64,000 bases of DNA, from IMG/VR virus record IMGVR_UViG_2718218131_000002; one strand, given 5' to 3'. Positions 18,287 through 32,307 of the stretch are shown piece by piece. The notes beneath the pieces were generated by a model. The model was not told where the DNA came from and ran no database searches. It saw nothing but the letters and a program-made list of their open reading frames with translations. The stretch's first letter is position 1. Each line of letters opens with the position of its first letter. Source of the stretch: a virus (taxonomy: Duplodnaviria; Heunggongvirae; Uroviricota; Caudoviricetes). The position numbers and the translations under genes are program-made.

Positions 18287-18469
18287 ATGGGAAAGTATAA
18301 ACGAATTCTGTTGAGATTGACTATGAAAAACGGCCTTGAACTGAAAGCGCCTGTAACTGATGACGTCAGCAGAGCGCTGGCTTTTGCTATTAAGTGGGTG
18401 GCGGTCGGTATTGCTGTGTCTCCGATGCTGTATGGGCTGGCAAAACTGGTCATTGCGTTGAAATCGTGA
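18287..18469 (+). CDS. Hypothetical small protein (60 aa) with hydrophobic C-terminus
   Basis: AAGGGAGAAC ribosome-binding site before ATG; WVAVGIAVSPMLYGLAKLVIAL; a second unlisted 42-aa membrane peptide follows at 18482-18610. Confidence 0.3.
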   Translation: MGKYKRILLRLTMKNGLELKAPVTDDVSRALAFAIKWVAVGIAVSPMLYGLAKLVIALKS

Positions 18470-18620
18470 AGAGGATTAAGCATGTCAGACAAGCTCATAA
18501 CGCTGGCGAAGATCCTCTGTGTAATCGTCGGCATTTCATTTTCACTAATGCTGGTTGCTATTTGCTTTTCCACTGCCTGGCGCGTCTTAACTTTGTCATG
18601 GCTGGTGGGGTGAGGGGGAT

Positions 18621-19088
18621 ATGAACCGTGTTCTGTGTGTGGTGATTATTGTCCTGCTGGTAGCCTGTGGTGTGCTTAGTCTGGGGCTGAATCATTACCG
18701 CGATAACGCCATTACCTACAAAGCGCAACGCGATAAAAAAGCCAGTGAGCTGAAGCTGGCGAACGTGACAATTACTGATATGCAGGTACGCCAGCGTGAT
18801 GTCGCTGCACTTGATGCCAGATACTCGAGGGAATTAGCCGATGCGAGAGCTGAAAATGAAACTCTGCGTGCTGATGTTGCCGCTGGTCGTAAGCGCCTGC
18901 GCATCAACGCCAACTGTCCAGGCTCCTTGCGTAAAGCCCCCATCACCTCCGGCGTGGATAATGCAACCGGTCCCCGACTGGCAGAAGCCGCTGAACGGGA
19001 TTATTTCATCCTCAGAGAACGGCTGATGGCAATGCAGAAGCAACTGGAAGGAGCACAGGAATATATCCGTACCCAGTGTATACCGTGA
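18621..19088 (+). CDS. Rz i-spanin
   Basis: 155 aa; N-terminal transmembrane segment then coiled-coil region; embedded Rz1 frame. Confidence 0.8.
   Translation: MNRVLCVVIIVLLVACGVLSLGLNHYRDNAITYKAQRDKKASELKLANVTITDMQVRQRDVAALDARYSRELADARAENETLRADVAAGRKRLRINANCPGSLRKAPITSGVDNATGPRLAEAAERDYFILRERLMAMQKQLEGAQEYIRTQCIP
18856..19026 (+). CDS. Rz1 o-spanin lipoprotein embedded in Rz (+1 frame)
   Basis: [15 protein letters not shown] lipobox followed by a proline-rich segment. Confidence 0.7.
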   Translation: MKLCVLMLPLVVSACASTPTVQAPCVKPPSPPAWIMQPVPDWQKPLNGIISSSENG

Positions 19089-19553
19089 TGTTTTGTTATG
19101 AAGGTGTTACTGGTAACGTTAAGGTAATTTAACAAAGAGTCAGTTCCGGACTTTATAGTGTGCTCAGTTCATGGACAAAAACGATTTCTGTGATAAATAT
19201 TTTGAATATTATTTACAGGTAAATGGAGTGGGGCGCATGGATAGAAATATTACAATAGAGTATGAAGTATATGCCCGTATTGTATGGGCAGAGAAGGCAA
19301 AAACACGGTAATTCCGTGTGTTGCCATGATACCTGATTGGCAGAATAGTTGTTTGGTTTTGAGTATATAGTCAGCGTTTTTTGTTCAGTAATTGCCCCCT
19401 CAAAAAATAATAAAATAAGGTGATTATTTTTGTTTATTATTTAGTTTTTTTTGTGTGTTATTTTATTGTTTTTGCGTGGTTTGTTTTTTATTGTTATTTC
19501 ATTAAGGGAAGGTAAATTCAGGATGGCAGTCTGTAGATAATCGGAGGTCACTT

Positions 19554-19868
19554 ATGCTACATGATCACGTGGCAGAATGTCTGGAGAAAAAAGGACTGTA
19601 CCGGAGAGCAGCTGAACGATGGGCAAAAGTGATGGTACAGCTAAGTGATGACCAGAAAAGAAAAGTGGCGGCACAGAAACGAGCAGAGTGTTTGCGTAAG
19701 GCGCGCCGGACTCCGGTTTCACCGGTGAACCTGACCGAAATAAAACAAGCGGTCAACAGACTACATTCTGAGTTGGGAATGGGATTTGAAGAGCGGCGGG
19801 TATTCCGACGATATAAAGGGACAGGAGAACAGAATACGTCCGGAAACGCGCGGTCAAAAAAATGCTAA
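19554..19868 (+). CDS. PerC-family (Pch-like) transcriptional activator
   Basis: N-terminus LEKKGLYRRAAERWAKVM resembles the PerC/Pch signature; follows an AT-rich region after the lysis genes. Confidence 0.55.
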   Translation: MLHDHVAECLEKKGLYRRAAERWAKVMVQLSDDQKRKVAAQKRAECLRKARRTPVSPVNLTEIKQAVNRLHSELGMGFEERRVFRRYKGTGEQNTSGNARSKKC

Positions 19869-19949
19869 AAAATATCTGAGAGCGTTATTGCCTGTTACCA
19901 TAAGAAAAAGCGACTTTAGTGGTCGCTTTTTGTGTCATATATAAGTCGT

Positions 19950-20174
19950 TTAAGTAAACCTGTCTGAACAGGTGCTCTGGTCGTGTTTGTCTTTGTTGGG
20001 TACAAATTGAGCATGTTTTTCATTAATTAATCTTCTTCTGCAGGCTTCAATAACCCACGCTGAAAAATTACCTGAACCTTTCTGATCAAGAGCGATGTTA
20101 ATTTGTTCAATCATTTGGTTAGGAAAGCGGATGTTGCGGGTTGTTTTTCTGCGGGTTCTGTTCTTCGTTGACAT
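19950..20174 (-). CDS. Ribbon-helix-helix (Arc/CopG-like) small DNA-binding protein
   Basis: 74 aa; basic N-terminus then RFPNQMIEQINIAL...GSGNFSAWVIEACRRRL. Confidence 0.4.
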   Translation of the reverse strand: MSTKNRTRRKTTRNIRFPNQMIEQINIALDQKGSGNFSAWVIEACRRRLINEKHAQFVPNKDKHDQSTCSDRFT

Positions 20175-20344
20175 GAGGTTGCCCCGTATTCAGTGTCGCT
20201 GATTTGTATTGTCTGAAGTTGTTTTTACGTTAAGTTGATGCAGATCAATTAATACGATACCTGCGTCATAATTAATTATTTGACGTGGTTTGAACCGCCC
20301 CGGGAATCCTGGAGACTAAACTCCCTGAGAAAGAGGTAAACAGG

Positions 20345-20671
20345 ATGACTAAAAATACTCGTTTTTCCCCCGAAGTCCGTCAGAGGGCGATTCGTATGGT
20401 TCTGGAAAGTCAGGGCGAATATGACTCACAGTGGGCGGCAATTTGTTCCATTGCCCCAAAGATTGGCTGTACACCGGAGACTCTGCGTGTCTGGGTACGC
20501 CAGCATGAGCGGGATACCGGAGGCGGTGATGGCGGGCTCACCACCGCTGAACGTCAGCGTCTGAAAGAGCTGGAACGTGAAAATCGTGAACTGCGCCGCA
20601 GTAACGATATCCTTCGCCAGGCTTCCGCTTATTTTGCAAAGGCGGAGTTCGACCGCCTCTGGAAAAAGTGA
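20345..20671 (+). CDS. IS3-family transposase OrfA (108 aa)
   Basis: [55 protein letters not shown]. Confidence 0.85.
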   Translation: MTKNTRFSPEVRQRAIRMVLESQGEYDSQWAAICSIAPKIGCTPETLRVWVRQHERDTGGGDGGLTTAERQRLKELERENRELRRSNDILRQASAYFAKAEFDRLWKK

Positions 20672-21558
20672 TGCCACTGCTGGATAAGCTGCGTAAGCTG
20701 TACGGGGTCGGACCGGTATGCAGTGAACTACATATTGCCCCGTCAACGTATTACCACTGTCAGCAACAGCGACATCATCCTGATAAACGCAGTGCCCGTG
20801 CGCAGCGCGATGACTGGCTGAAGAAAGAGATACTGCGCGTATACGATGGGAATCATCAGGTATACGGTGTGCGTAAAGTCTGGCGTCAGTTGTTACGGGA
20901 AGGAATCAGGGTAGCCAGATGTACAGTGGCGCGCCTCATGGCGGTTATGGGACTTGCCGGTGTTCTCCGGGGTAAAAAGGTCCGCACTACCGTCAGCCGG
21001 AAAGCCGTTGCCGCAGGCGACCGCGTAAACCGTCAGTTTGTGGCAGAACGTCCTGACCAGTTGTGGGTGGCTGATTTTACTTACGTCAGCACATGGCAGG
21101 GGGGCGTCTATGTGGCGTTCATCATTGATGTGTTTGCCGGATACATCGTGGGGTGGCGGGTCTCATCGTCTATGGAAACGACATTCGTGCTGGATGCTCT
21201 GGAGCAGGCGTTATGGGCCCGTCGACCGTCCGGCACAGTCCATCACAGTGATAAAGGTTCTCAGTATGTATCGCTGGCCTACACACAGCGGCTTAAGGAA
21301 GCCGGATTACTGGCATCAACAGGAAGTACTGGTGACTCGTATGACAACGCGATGGCGGAGAGCATCAATGGCCTTTACAAAGCGGAGGTAATACACCGTA
21401 AGAGCTGGAAAAACCGGACAGAAGTGGAGCTGGCCACACTCACGTGGGTGGACTGGTATAACAATCGACGATTGCTGGAAAGGCTGGGCCATATCCCACC
21501 GGCAGAAGCAGAAAAAGCTTATTATGCTTCCATCGGAAACGATGATCTGGCAGCCTGA
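20668..21558 (+). CDS. IS3-family transposase OrfB (296 aa; DDE integrase core)
   Basis: Overlaps orfA in the -1 frame; DDE catalytic region. Confidence 0.85.
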   Translation: MMPLLDKLRKLYGVGPVCSELHIAPSTYYHCQQQRHHPDKRSARAQRDDWLKKEILRVYDGNHQVYGVRKVWRQLLREGIRVARCTVARLMAVMGLAGVLRGKKVRTTVSRKAVAAGDRVNRQFVAERPDQLWVADFTYVSTWQGGVYVAFIIDVFAGYIVGWRVSSSMETTFVLDALEQALWARRPSGTVHHSDKGSQYVSLAYTQRLKEAGLLASTGSTGDSYDNAMAESINGLYKAEVIHRKSWKNRTEVELATLTWVDWYNNRRLLERLGHIPPAEAEKAYYASIGNDDLAA

Positions 21559-21686
21559 GTTCACAGATAAAACACTCTCCAGGAAACCCGGGGCGGTTCA
21601 GTTTGATGGCGTAGATGCACGTTGTGACATGTAGATGATAATTATTATCATTTTGCGGGTCCTTTCCGGCGATCCGACAGGTTACG

Positions 21687-21698
21687 GGGCGGCGACCT
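21687..21698. other. cosN cohesive-end site of the prophage (lambda-type)
   Basis: GGGCGGCGACCT followed by CGCGGGTTTTCGCTATTTATGAAAATTTTCCGG, matching the lambda left end, about 180 bp upstream of Nu1. Confidence 0.75.
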
Positions 21699-21875
21699 CG
21701 CGGGTTTTCGCTATTTATGAAAATTTTCCGGTTTAAGGCATTTCCGTTCTTCTTCGTCGTAACTTAATGTTTTTATTTAAAATACCCCCTGAAAAGAAAG
21801 GAAACGACAGGTGCTGAAAACGAGCTTTTGGGCCTCTGTCGTTTCCTTTCTCTGTTTTTGGCCGTGGAATGAACA

Positions 21876-22395
21876 ATGGAAGTCAACAAAAAGCAGCTGG
21901 CTGACATTTTCGGTGCGAGTATCCGTACCATTCAGAACTGGCAGGAACAGGGAATGCCCGTTCTGCGAGGCGGTGGCAAGGGTAATGAGGTGCTTTATGA
22001 CTCTGCCGCCGTTATAAGATGGTATGCCGAAAGGGATGCTGAAATTGAGAACGAAAAGCTGCGCCGGGAAGTTGAAGAACTGCGGCAGGCCAGCGAGACA
22101 GATCTCCAGCCAGGGACTATTGAGTACGAACGCCATCGACTTACGCGTGCGCAGGCCGACGCACAGGAGCTGAAAAATGCCAGAGACTCCGCTGAAGTGG
22201 TGGAAACCGCATTCTGTACTTTCGTGCTGTCGCGGATCGCAGGTGAAATTGCCAGTATTCTCGACGGGATCCCCCTGTCGGTGCAGCGGCGTTTTCCGGA
22301 ACTGGAAAACCGACATGTTGATTTCCTGAAACGGGATATCATCAAAGCCATGAACAAAGCAGCCGCGCTGGATGAACTGATACCGGGGTTGCTGA

Positions 22396-22421
<26 letters not shown>
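21876..22421 (+). CDS. nu1: Terminase small subunit Nu1
   Basis: MEVNKKQLADIFGASIRTIQNWQEQGMPVLRGGGKGNEVLYD..., 181 aa, lambda Nu1. Confidence 0.9.
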
Positions 22422-26102
<3,681 letters not shown>

Positions 26103-26122
<20 letters not shown>

Positions 26123-27422
26123 TCTCCCGCATATTGCCAGCATGGCCTTTAATGAGCCGCTGATGCTTGAACCCGCCTATGCGCGGGTTTTCTTTTGTGC
26201 GCTTGCAGGCCAGCTTGGGATCAGCCGCCTGACGGATGCAGTATCCGGCGACAGCCTGACTGCCGGAGAGGCACCCGCGGCGCTGGCGTTATCCGGTGAT
26301 GATGACGGACCACGACAGGCCCGGAGTTATCAGGTCATGAACGGCATCGCCGTGCTGCCGGTGTCCGGTACGCTGGTCAGCCGGACGCGGGCGCTGCAGC
26401 CGTATTCGGGGATGACCGGTTACAACGGCATTATCGCCCGTCTGCAACAGGCTGCCAGCGACCCGATGGTGGACGGCATTCTGCTCGATATGGACACACC
26501 GGGCGGAATGGTGGCGGGAGCATTTGACTGCGCTGACATCATCGCCCGTGTGCGTGACATAAAGCCGGTATGGGCGCTGGCCAATGACATGAACTGCAGC
26601 GCAGGTCAGCTGCTTGCCAGTGCCGCCACCCGGCGTCTGGTCACGCAGACCGCCCGGACAGGCTCCATCGGCGTCATGATGGCTCACAGTAATTACGGCG
26701 CTGCACTGGAGAAACAGGGCGTGGAAATCACGCTGATTTACAGCGGCAGCCATAAGGTGGATGGCAACCCCTACAGCCATCTACCGGATGATGTCCGGGA
26801 AACACTGCAGTCCCGGATGGATGCAACCCGCCGGATGTTTGCACAGAAGGTGTCGGCATATACCGGCCTGTCCGTGCAGGCTGTGCTGGATACCGAGGCT
26901 GCAGTGTACAGCGGTCAGGAGGCCATTGATGCCGGACTGGCTGATGAACTTGTCAACAGCACCGATGCGATCACCGTCATGCGTGATGCACTGGATGCAC
27001 GTAAATCCCGTCTCTCAGGAGGGCGAATGACCAAAGAGACTCAATCAACAACTGTTTCAGCCACTGCTTCGCAGGATGACGTTACTGGCGTGGTGCCAGC
27101 GATGGAGGGCGAAAACGCCAGCGCGGCGCAGCCGGACGTGAACGCGCAGATCACCGCTGCGGTTGCGGCAGAAAACAGCCGCATTATGGGGATCCTCAAC
27201 TGTGAGGAGGCTCACGGACGCGAAGAACAGGCCCGCGTGCTGGCAGAAACCCCCGGTATGACCGTGGAAACGGCCCGCCGCATTCTGGCCGCAGCACCAC
27301 AGAGTGCACAGGCGCGCAGTGATACTGCGCTGGATCGTCTGATGCAGGGGGCACCGGCACCGCTGGCTGCAGGTAACCCGGCATCTGATGCCGTTAACGA
27401 TTTGCTGAACACACCAGTGTAA
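26103..27422 (+). CDS. C: Head maturation protease C (with the in-frame Nu3 scaffold region at its 3-prime end)
   Basis: GTG start at MTAELRNLPHIASMAFNEPLMLEPAYARVFF; 439 aa as in lambda C. Confidence 0.85.
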
Positions 27423-27431
27423 GGGATGTTT

Positions 27432-27764
27432 ATGACGAGCAAAGAAACCTTTACCCATTACCAGCCGCTGGGCAACAGTGACCCGGCTCATACCGCAACC
27501 GCGCCCGGCGGATTGAGTGCGAAAGCGTCTGCAATGACCCCGCTGATGCTGGACACCGCCACCCGTAAGCTGGTTGCGTGGGATGGCACCACCGACGGTG
27601 CTGCCGTTGGCATTCTTGCGGTTGCTGCTGACCAGACCAGCACCACGCTGACGTTCTACAAGTCCGGCACGTTCCGTTATGAGGATGTGCTCTGGCCGGA
27701 GGCTGCCAGCGACGAGACGAAAAAACGGACCGCGTTTGCCGGAACGGCAATCAGCATCGTTTAA
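27432..27764 (+). CDS. D: Head decoration protein D
   Basis: [27 protein letters not shown]...[10 protein letters not shown]. Confidence 0.9.
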   Translation: MTSKETFTHYQPLGNSDPAHTATAPGGLSAKASAMTPLMLDTATRKLVAWDGTTDGAAVGILAVAADQTSTTLTFYKSGTFRYEDVLWPEAASDETKKRTAFAGTAISIV

Positions 27765-27819
27765 CCTTACCCTTCATCACTAAAGGCCGCCTGTGCGGCT
27801 TTTTTTACGGGATTTTTTT

Positions 27820-28845
27820 ATGTCGATGTACACAACCGCCCAGCTGCTGGCGGCAAATGAGCAGAAATTTAAGTTTGATCCGCTGTTTCTGCGTCTCTTT
27901 TTCCGTGAGAGCTATCCCTTCACCACGGAGAAAGTCTATCTCTCACAAATTCCGGGACTGGTAAACATGGCGCTGTACGTTTCGCCGATTGTTTCCGGTG
28001 AGGTTATCCGTTCCCGTGGCGGCTCCACCTCTGAATTTACGCCGGGATATGTCAAGCCGAAGCATGAGGTGAATCCGCAGATGACCCTGCGTCGCCTGCC
28101 GGATGAAGATCCGCAGAATCTGGCGGACCCGGCTTACCGCCGCCGTCGCATCATCATGCAGAACATGCGTGACGAAGAGCTGGCCATTGCCCAGGTCGAA
28201 GAGATGCAGGCAGTTTCTGCCGTGCTTAAGGGCAAATACACCATGACCGGTGAAGCCTTTGATCCGGTTGAGGTGGATATGGGCCGCAGTGCGGCAAACA
28301 ACATCACACAGTCCGGTGGCACGGAGTGGAGCAAGCGTGACAAGTCCACGTATGACCCGACCGACGATATCGAAGCCTACGCGCTGAACGCCAGCGGCGT
28401 GGTGAATATCATCGTGTTTGATCCGAAAGGATGGGCGCTGTTCCGTTCCTTCAAAGCCGTCAGGGATAAGCTGGATACCCGTCGCGGCTCTCATTCCGAG
28501 CTGGAGACAGCGGTAAAAGACCTGGGCAAAGCGGTGTCTTATAAGGGAATGTATGGCGATGTGGCCATCGTCGTGTATTCCGGACAGTACGTGGAAAACG
28601 GCGTCAAAAAGAACTTCCTGCCGGACAACACGATGGTGCTGGGGAACACTCAGGCACGCGGTCTGCGTACCTATGGCTGTATTCAGGATGCGGACGCACA
28701 GCGCGAAGGCATTAACGCCTCTGCCCGTTACCCGAAAAACTGGGTGACTACCGGCGATCCGGCGCGAGAGTTCACCATGATTCAGTCAGCACCGCTGATG
28801 CTGCTGGCTGACCCTGATGAGTTCGTGTCCGTACAACTGGCGTAA
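27820..28845 (+). CDS. E: Major capsid protein E
   Basis: Starts MSMYTTAQLLAANEQKFKFDPLF; 341 aa. Confidence 0.9.
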   Translation: MSMYTTAQLLAANEQKFKFDPLFLRLFFRESYPFTTEKVYLSQIPGLVNMALYVSPIVSGEVIRSRGGSTSEFTPGYVKPKHEVNPQMTLRRLPDEDPQNLADPAYRRRRIIMQNMRDEELAIAQVEEMQAVSAVLKGKYTMTGEAFDPVEVDMGRSAANNITQSGGTEWSKRDKSTYDPTDDIEAYALNASGVVNIIVFDPKGWALFRSFKAVRDKLDTRRGSHSELETAVKDLGKAVSYKGMYGDVAIVVYSGQYVENGVKKNFLPDNTMVLGNTQARGLRTYGCIQDADAQREGINASARYPKNWVTTGDPAREFTMIQSAPLMLLADPDEFVSVQLA

Positions 28846-28886
28846 TCATGGCCCTTCGGGGCCATTGTTTCTCTGTGGAGGAGTCC

Positions 28887-28996
28887 ATGACGAAAGATGA
28901 ACTGATTGCCCGTCTCCGCTCGCTGGGTGAACAACTGAACCGTGATGTCAGCCTGACGGGGACGAAAGAAGAACTGGCGCTCCGTGTGGCAGAGCT
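28887..28996 (+). pseudogene. FI: DNA-packaging protein FI, 5-prime fragment (interrupted by an IS21-family element)
   Basis: MTKDELIARLRSLGEQLNRDVSLTGTKEELALRVAEL then reads into IS sequence. Confidence 0.7.
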
Positions 28997-29198
28997 TGCA
29001 AAATGGCATCTGAATCGATCGCAGTTTGGCATTCGAATCGATCATGATTTGGCATCCATCTCCGATCACAGTTTGGCATCACAATCGATCACGATTTGGC
29101 ATGCTTCCGATCATTGATTGGCATCCTGCCAGTCACTCCGGGAATTAACTCTTTTCACCACAGTCTCCATTGCCGTGTTTAAACCAGTGGAGACGTCA

Positions 29199-30764
29199 AT
29201 GTCCAGAAAGAGAAAATCCAGGAGCACTATGGAAACCTGTTTTAAGATTCTTCAGCTCAAGTTCGACAAGAAGCTGACTAACCGTTGTATCGGACTGACG
29301 TTACACATCAGCGCCTCAACCGTTTTTGAGGTTCTTGCCCGCTTCAAAGCCTCTTCTCTGTCATGGCCATTACCTGCTGATATATCCCATGACACGCTGG
29401 AGAAACTCATTTTTCCGCCCAAAGACACCTTTGCATCAGAGCTTGTAATGCCTGACATGTTGTACCTCGATACGGAAATGAGAAAACCAGGTGTGACGCG
29501 GCAACTGTTGTGGATGGAATACAAGGCACAGGCGGGTAACAAAGCGATGGGATACTCGCACTTCTGCCGTTGCTACCGGGAGTGGAAAAAAACGCGACGT
29601 CTCTCCATGCGCCAGGAGCATCGTGCCGGCGAAAAGCTTTTTATCGACTTCTGTGGTCCTACGGTTCCTGTTATTAATCCGGACACCGGTGAGATACGCC
29701 GCGTGGCAATCTTCGTGGCCGTAATGGGGGCGTCCAACTATACCTACGTTGAAGCGTGCGAAGGTCAGGACATGATGTCATGGTTAAATGCCCACAGCCG
29801 TTGCCTGACCTTCCTGGGCGGCGTACCGAAGCTGCTCATCCCCGATAACCTCAGAAGCGCAGTGAAAAAGGCCGATCGATATGAGCCTGTCATCAACGAC
29901 AGTTATCAGGCACTGGCTGAGCACTATGGCACGGTTATCATCCCGGCCCGACCACGCAAACCTAAAGATAAACCAAAAGCAGAAAACGGCGTCCTCATCG
30001 TCGAACGATGGCTTCTTGCCCGCATCCGTAATGAAACCTTCCACACGCTCAGGGCGCTGAATGCGCGCCTTAGGGAGTTACTGACAGACATGAATAACCG
30101 GCCAATGAAGGGGTACGGCAATCAAACCCGTGCAGAACGCTTCCGCATACTGGATGCGCCAGCACTCTCTCCGCTGCCTCTGGCACCTTATGAATACACG
30201 GAATACAAAGCTGTGAAGGTTGGCCCTGACTACCACGTTGAATATGCCCGTCACTGGTACTCCGTTCCACACGAACTGGTCGGTCAGCGTCTGTCACTGA
30301 AGGCGGGGCAGTCGGTGGTACAGCTCTGGCACAAGGGGCAGTGTGTGGCGCAACATCCGCGCAGCACACATGAATATAAACACACAACCAATCCGCTTCA
30401 CATGCCAGAGCGCCACCGGCAGCACGGGACATGGACACCGGAACGCCTGATCGAGCAGGGAAAACGTACGGGCCCGTCCACAGGCCGGGTGGTTGAATCC
30501 ATGCTGAAGGCAAAACCCCATCCGGAACTGGCTTATCGTGCAGTTCTGGGGCTGCTGGCACTTCAGAAAAAATACGGCCCGGAACGGCTGGAAAAGGCCT
30601 GTTACGTTGCCCTGCACTATAACGCCCCTGACAGACGCTTTATCGACAATCTGCTGCGTCACCATCGGGAGAACCTGGAGCTTCCATTATCCCGCCAGGG
30701 CGAACAACATCCGGCATATGCTTCAGAGCATGAAAACCTGCGTGGTCCGGGCTACTACCACTGA
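29199..30764 (+). CDS. istA: IS21-family transposase IstA
   Basis: Probable start MSRKRKSRSTMETCFKIL; N-terminal HTH and DDE core. Confidence 0.8.
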   Translation: MSRKRKSRSTMETCFKILQLKFDKKLTNRCIGLTLHISASTVFEVLARFKASSLSWPLPADISHDTLEKLIFPPKDTFASELVMPDMLYLDTEMRKPGVTRQLLWMEYKAQAGNKAMGYSHFCRCYREWKKTRRLSMRQEHRAGEKLFIDFCGPTVPVINPDTGEIRRVAIFVAVMGASNYTYVEACEGQDMMSWLNAHSRCLTFLGGVPKLLIPDNLRSAVKKADRYEPVINDSYQALAEHYGTVIIPARPRKPKDKPKAENGVLIVERWLLARIRNETFHTLRALNARLRELLTDMNNRPMKGYGNQTRAERFRILDAPALSPLPLAPYEYTEYKAVKVGPDYHVEYARHWYSVPHELVGQRLSLKAGQSVVQLWHKGQCVAQHPRSTHEYKHTTNPLHMPERHRQHGTWTPERLIEQGKRTGPSTGRVVESMLKAKPHPELAYRAVLGLLALQKKYGPERLEKACYVALHYNAPDRRFIDNLLRHHRENLELPLSRQGEQHPAYASEHENLRGPGYYH

Positions 30765-30780
30765 CAGAAGGAACAACAGT

Positions 30781-31536
30781 ATGAGTGATAACCTGTTAAA
30801 CAAACTGACCCAACTGAAACTCCCGGCGATGGCCGGGAGCCTGATACGGCAGCGGGAAACGCCTCAGACCTACGACGAACTGTCGTTCGAGGAAAGGCTG
30901 ACGCTGCTGGTTGATGACGAGCTTCTGAGCAGGGAAAACAGCCGTGTGGCACGGTTGAGAAAAAATGCCGGCCTGAAATACCAGGCAACACCGGAAGGGC
31001 TGCGCTATCCGGCCTCAAGAGGTCTGCGGGCTGAACAGATGAGAGAACTGCTGAACGGCCACTACATAACCCACAGGAAAAACCTGCTGATAACCGGTCC
31101 GACAGGATGTGGCAAGAGCTGGATAGCCAATGCGCTGGGCGAACAGGCATGTCGACAGAAACACAGCGTCCGGTACTGTAGAACCGGGCGATTACTGGAA
31201 CAACTGGCTCAGGGACGTGTTGATGGCAGCTGGCTGAAATATCTGAAACAGTTGCAAAAAATACAGGTTCTAATCCTGGACGATCTGGGGCTGGAACAGT
31301 TAAGTAACGCCCAGTGTAATGACCTTCTGGAGCTCATAGAGGATCGTTACGGACAAAGCAGCACGATAGTGGTAAGCCAGTTCCCGGTAGATAAATGGCA
31401 TGGTCTGATGGAGAACCCAACAACAGCAGATGCCATCCTGGACAGACTGGTACATAACTCACACCGGGTGGTCCTTCAGGGAGAGTCACTGAGGAAAAAT
31501 CCCCCGGTAGTGGAAAGCAGCGAAAAAACGCGTTAA
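30781..31536 (+). CDS. istB: IS21-family helper ATPase IstB
   Basis: Walker A GPTGCGKS and Walker B LILDDLG; 251 aa. Confidence 0.8.
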   Translation: MSDNLLNKLTQLKLPAMAGSLIRQRETPQTYDELSFEERLTLLVDDELLSRENSRVARLRKNAGLKYQATPEGLRYPASRGLRAEQMRELLNGHYITHRKNLLITGPTGCGKSWIANALGEQACRQKHSVRYCRTGRLLEQLAQGRVDGSWLKYLKQLQKIQVLILDDLGLEQLSNAQCNDLLELIEDRYGQSSTIVVSQFPVDKWHGLMENPTTADAILDRLVHNSHRVVLQGESLRKNPPVVESSEKTR

Positions 31537-31635
31537 AAAGCGGTAGAAAAAGTTAAGTTCCCGGTTGATCGAATGGATGCGAATCGCTGATCGGACTTCG
31601 ATGCCAATCCGTGATCGAATAGAGCGGAATACGCA

Positions 31636-31931
31636 CAGAGCTGGAAGAGGAGCTTGATGACACGGATGAAACTGCCGGTCAGGACACCCCTCTCAGCCGG
31701 GAAAATGTGCTGACCGGACATGAAAATGAGGTGGGATCAGCGCAGCCGGATACCGTGATTCTGGATACGTCTGAACTGGTCACGGTTGTGGCACTGGTGA
31801 CGCTGCATACCGATGCACTTCACGCCACGCGGGATGAACCTGTGGCATTTGTGCTGCCGGGAACGGCGTTCCGTGTCTCTGCCGGTGTGGCAGCCGAAAT
31901 GACAGAACGTGGCCTGGCCAGAATGCAATAA
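31636..31931 (+). pseudogene. FI: FI 3-prime fragment
   Basis: In-frame continuation LEEELDDTDETAGQDTPLSRENVLTGHENEVGSAQPDTVILDTSELV...ERGLARMQ matches the lambda FI C-terminus. Confidence 0.7.
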
Positions 31932-31942
31932 CGGGAGGCGCT

Positions 31943-32296
31943 GTGGCTGATTTCGATAACCTGTTCGATGCTGCCATTGCCCGCGCCGATGAAACGATAC
32001 GCGGGTACATGGGAACGTCAGCCACCATTACATCCGGTGAGCAGTCAGGTGCGGTGATACGTGGTGTTTTTGATGACCCTGAAAATATCAGCTATGCCGG
32101 ACAGGGCGTGCGCGTTGAAGGCTCCAGCCCGTCCCTGTTTGTCCGGACTGATGAGGTGCGGCAGCTGCGGCGCGGCGACACGCTGACCATCGGTGAGGAA
32201 AACTTCTGGATAGACCGGATTTCGCCGGATGATGGCGGAAGTTGTCATCTCTGGCTTGGGCGTGGTGTGCCGCCTGCCGTTAACCGTCGTCGCTGA
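31943..32296 (+). CDS. FII: Head completion protein FII
   Basis: MADFDNLFDAAIARADETIRGYMGTSATITSGEQ..., 117 aa. Confidence 0.9.
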   Translation: MADFDNLFDAAIARADETIRGYMGTSATITSGEQSGAVIRGVFDDPENISYAGQGVRVEGSSPSLFVRTDEVRQLRRGDTLTIGEENFWIDRISPDDGGSCHLWLGRGVPPAVNRRR

Positions 32297-32307
32297 AAGG
32301 GGGGTGT

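Larger units (their letters stand above)
20291..21600 (+). mobile_element. IS3-family insertion sequence, IS629-like, 1310 bp
   Basis: Terminal inverted repeats TGAACCGCCCCGG...CCGGGGCGGTTCA; orfA and orfB overlap as in IS3 elements; flanking GTT on both sides. Confidence 0.85.
28997..31635 (+). mobile_element. IS21-family insertion sequence (istA + istB), about 2.64 kb
   Basis: Starts TG and ends CA; multiple TTTGGCAT repeats at the left end and ATGCCAA repeats at the right end; 7-bp CAGAGCT direct repeat flanks it. Confidence 0.75.
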
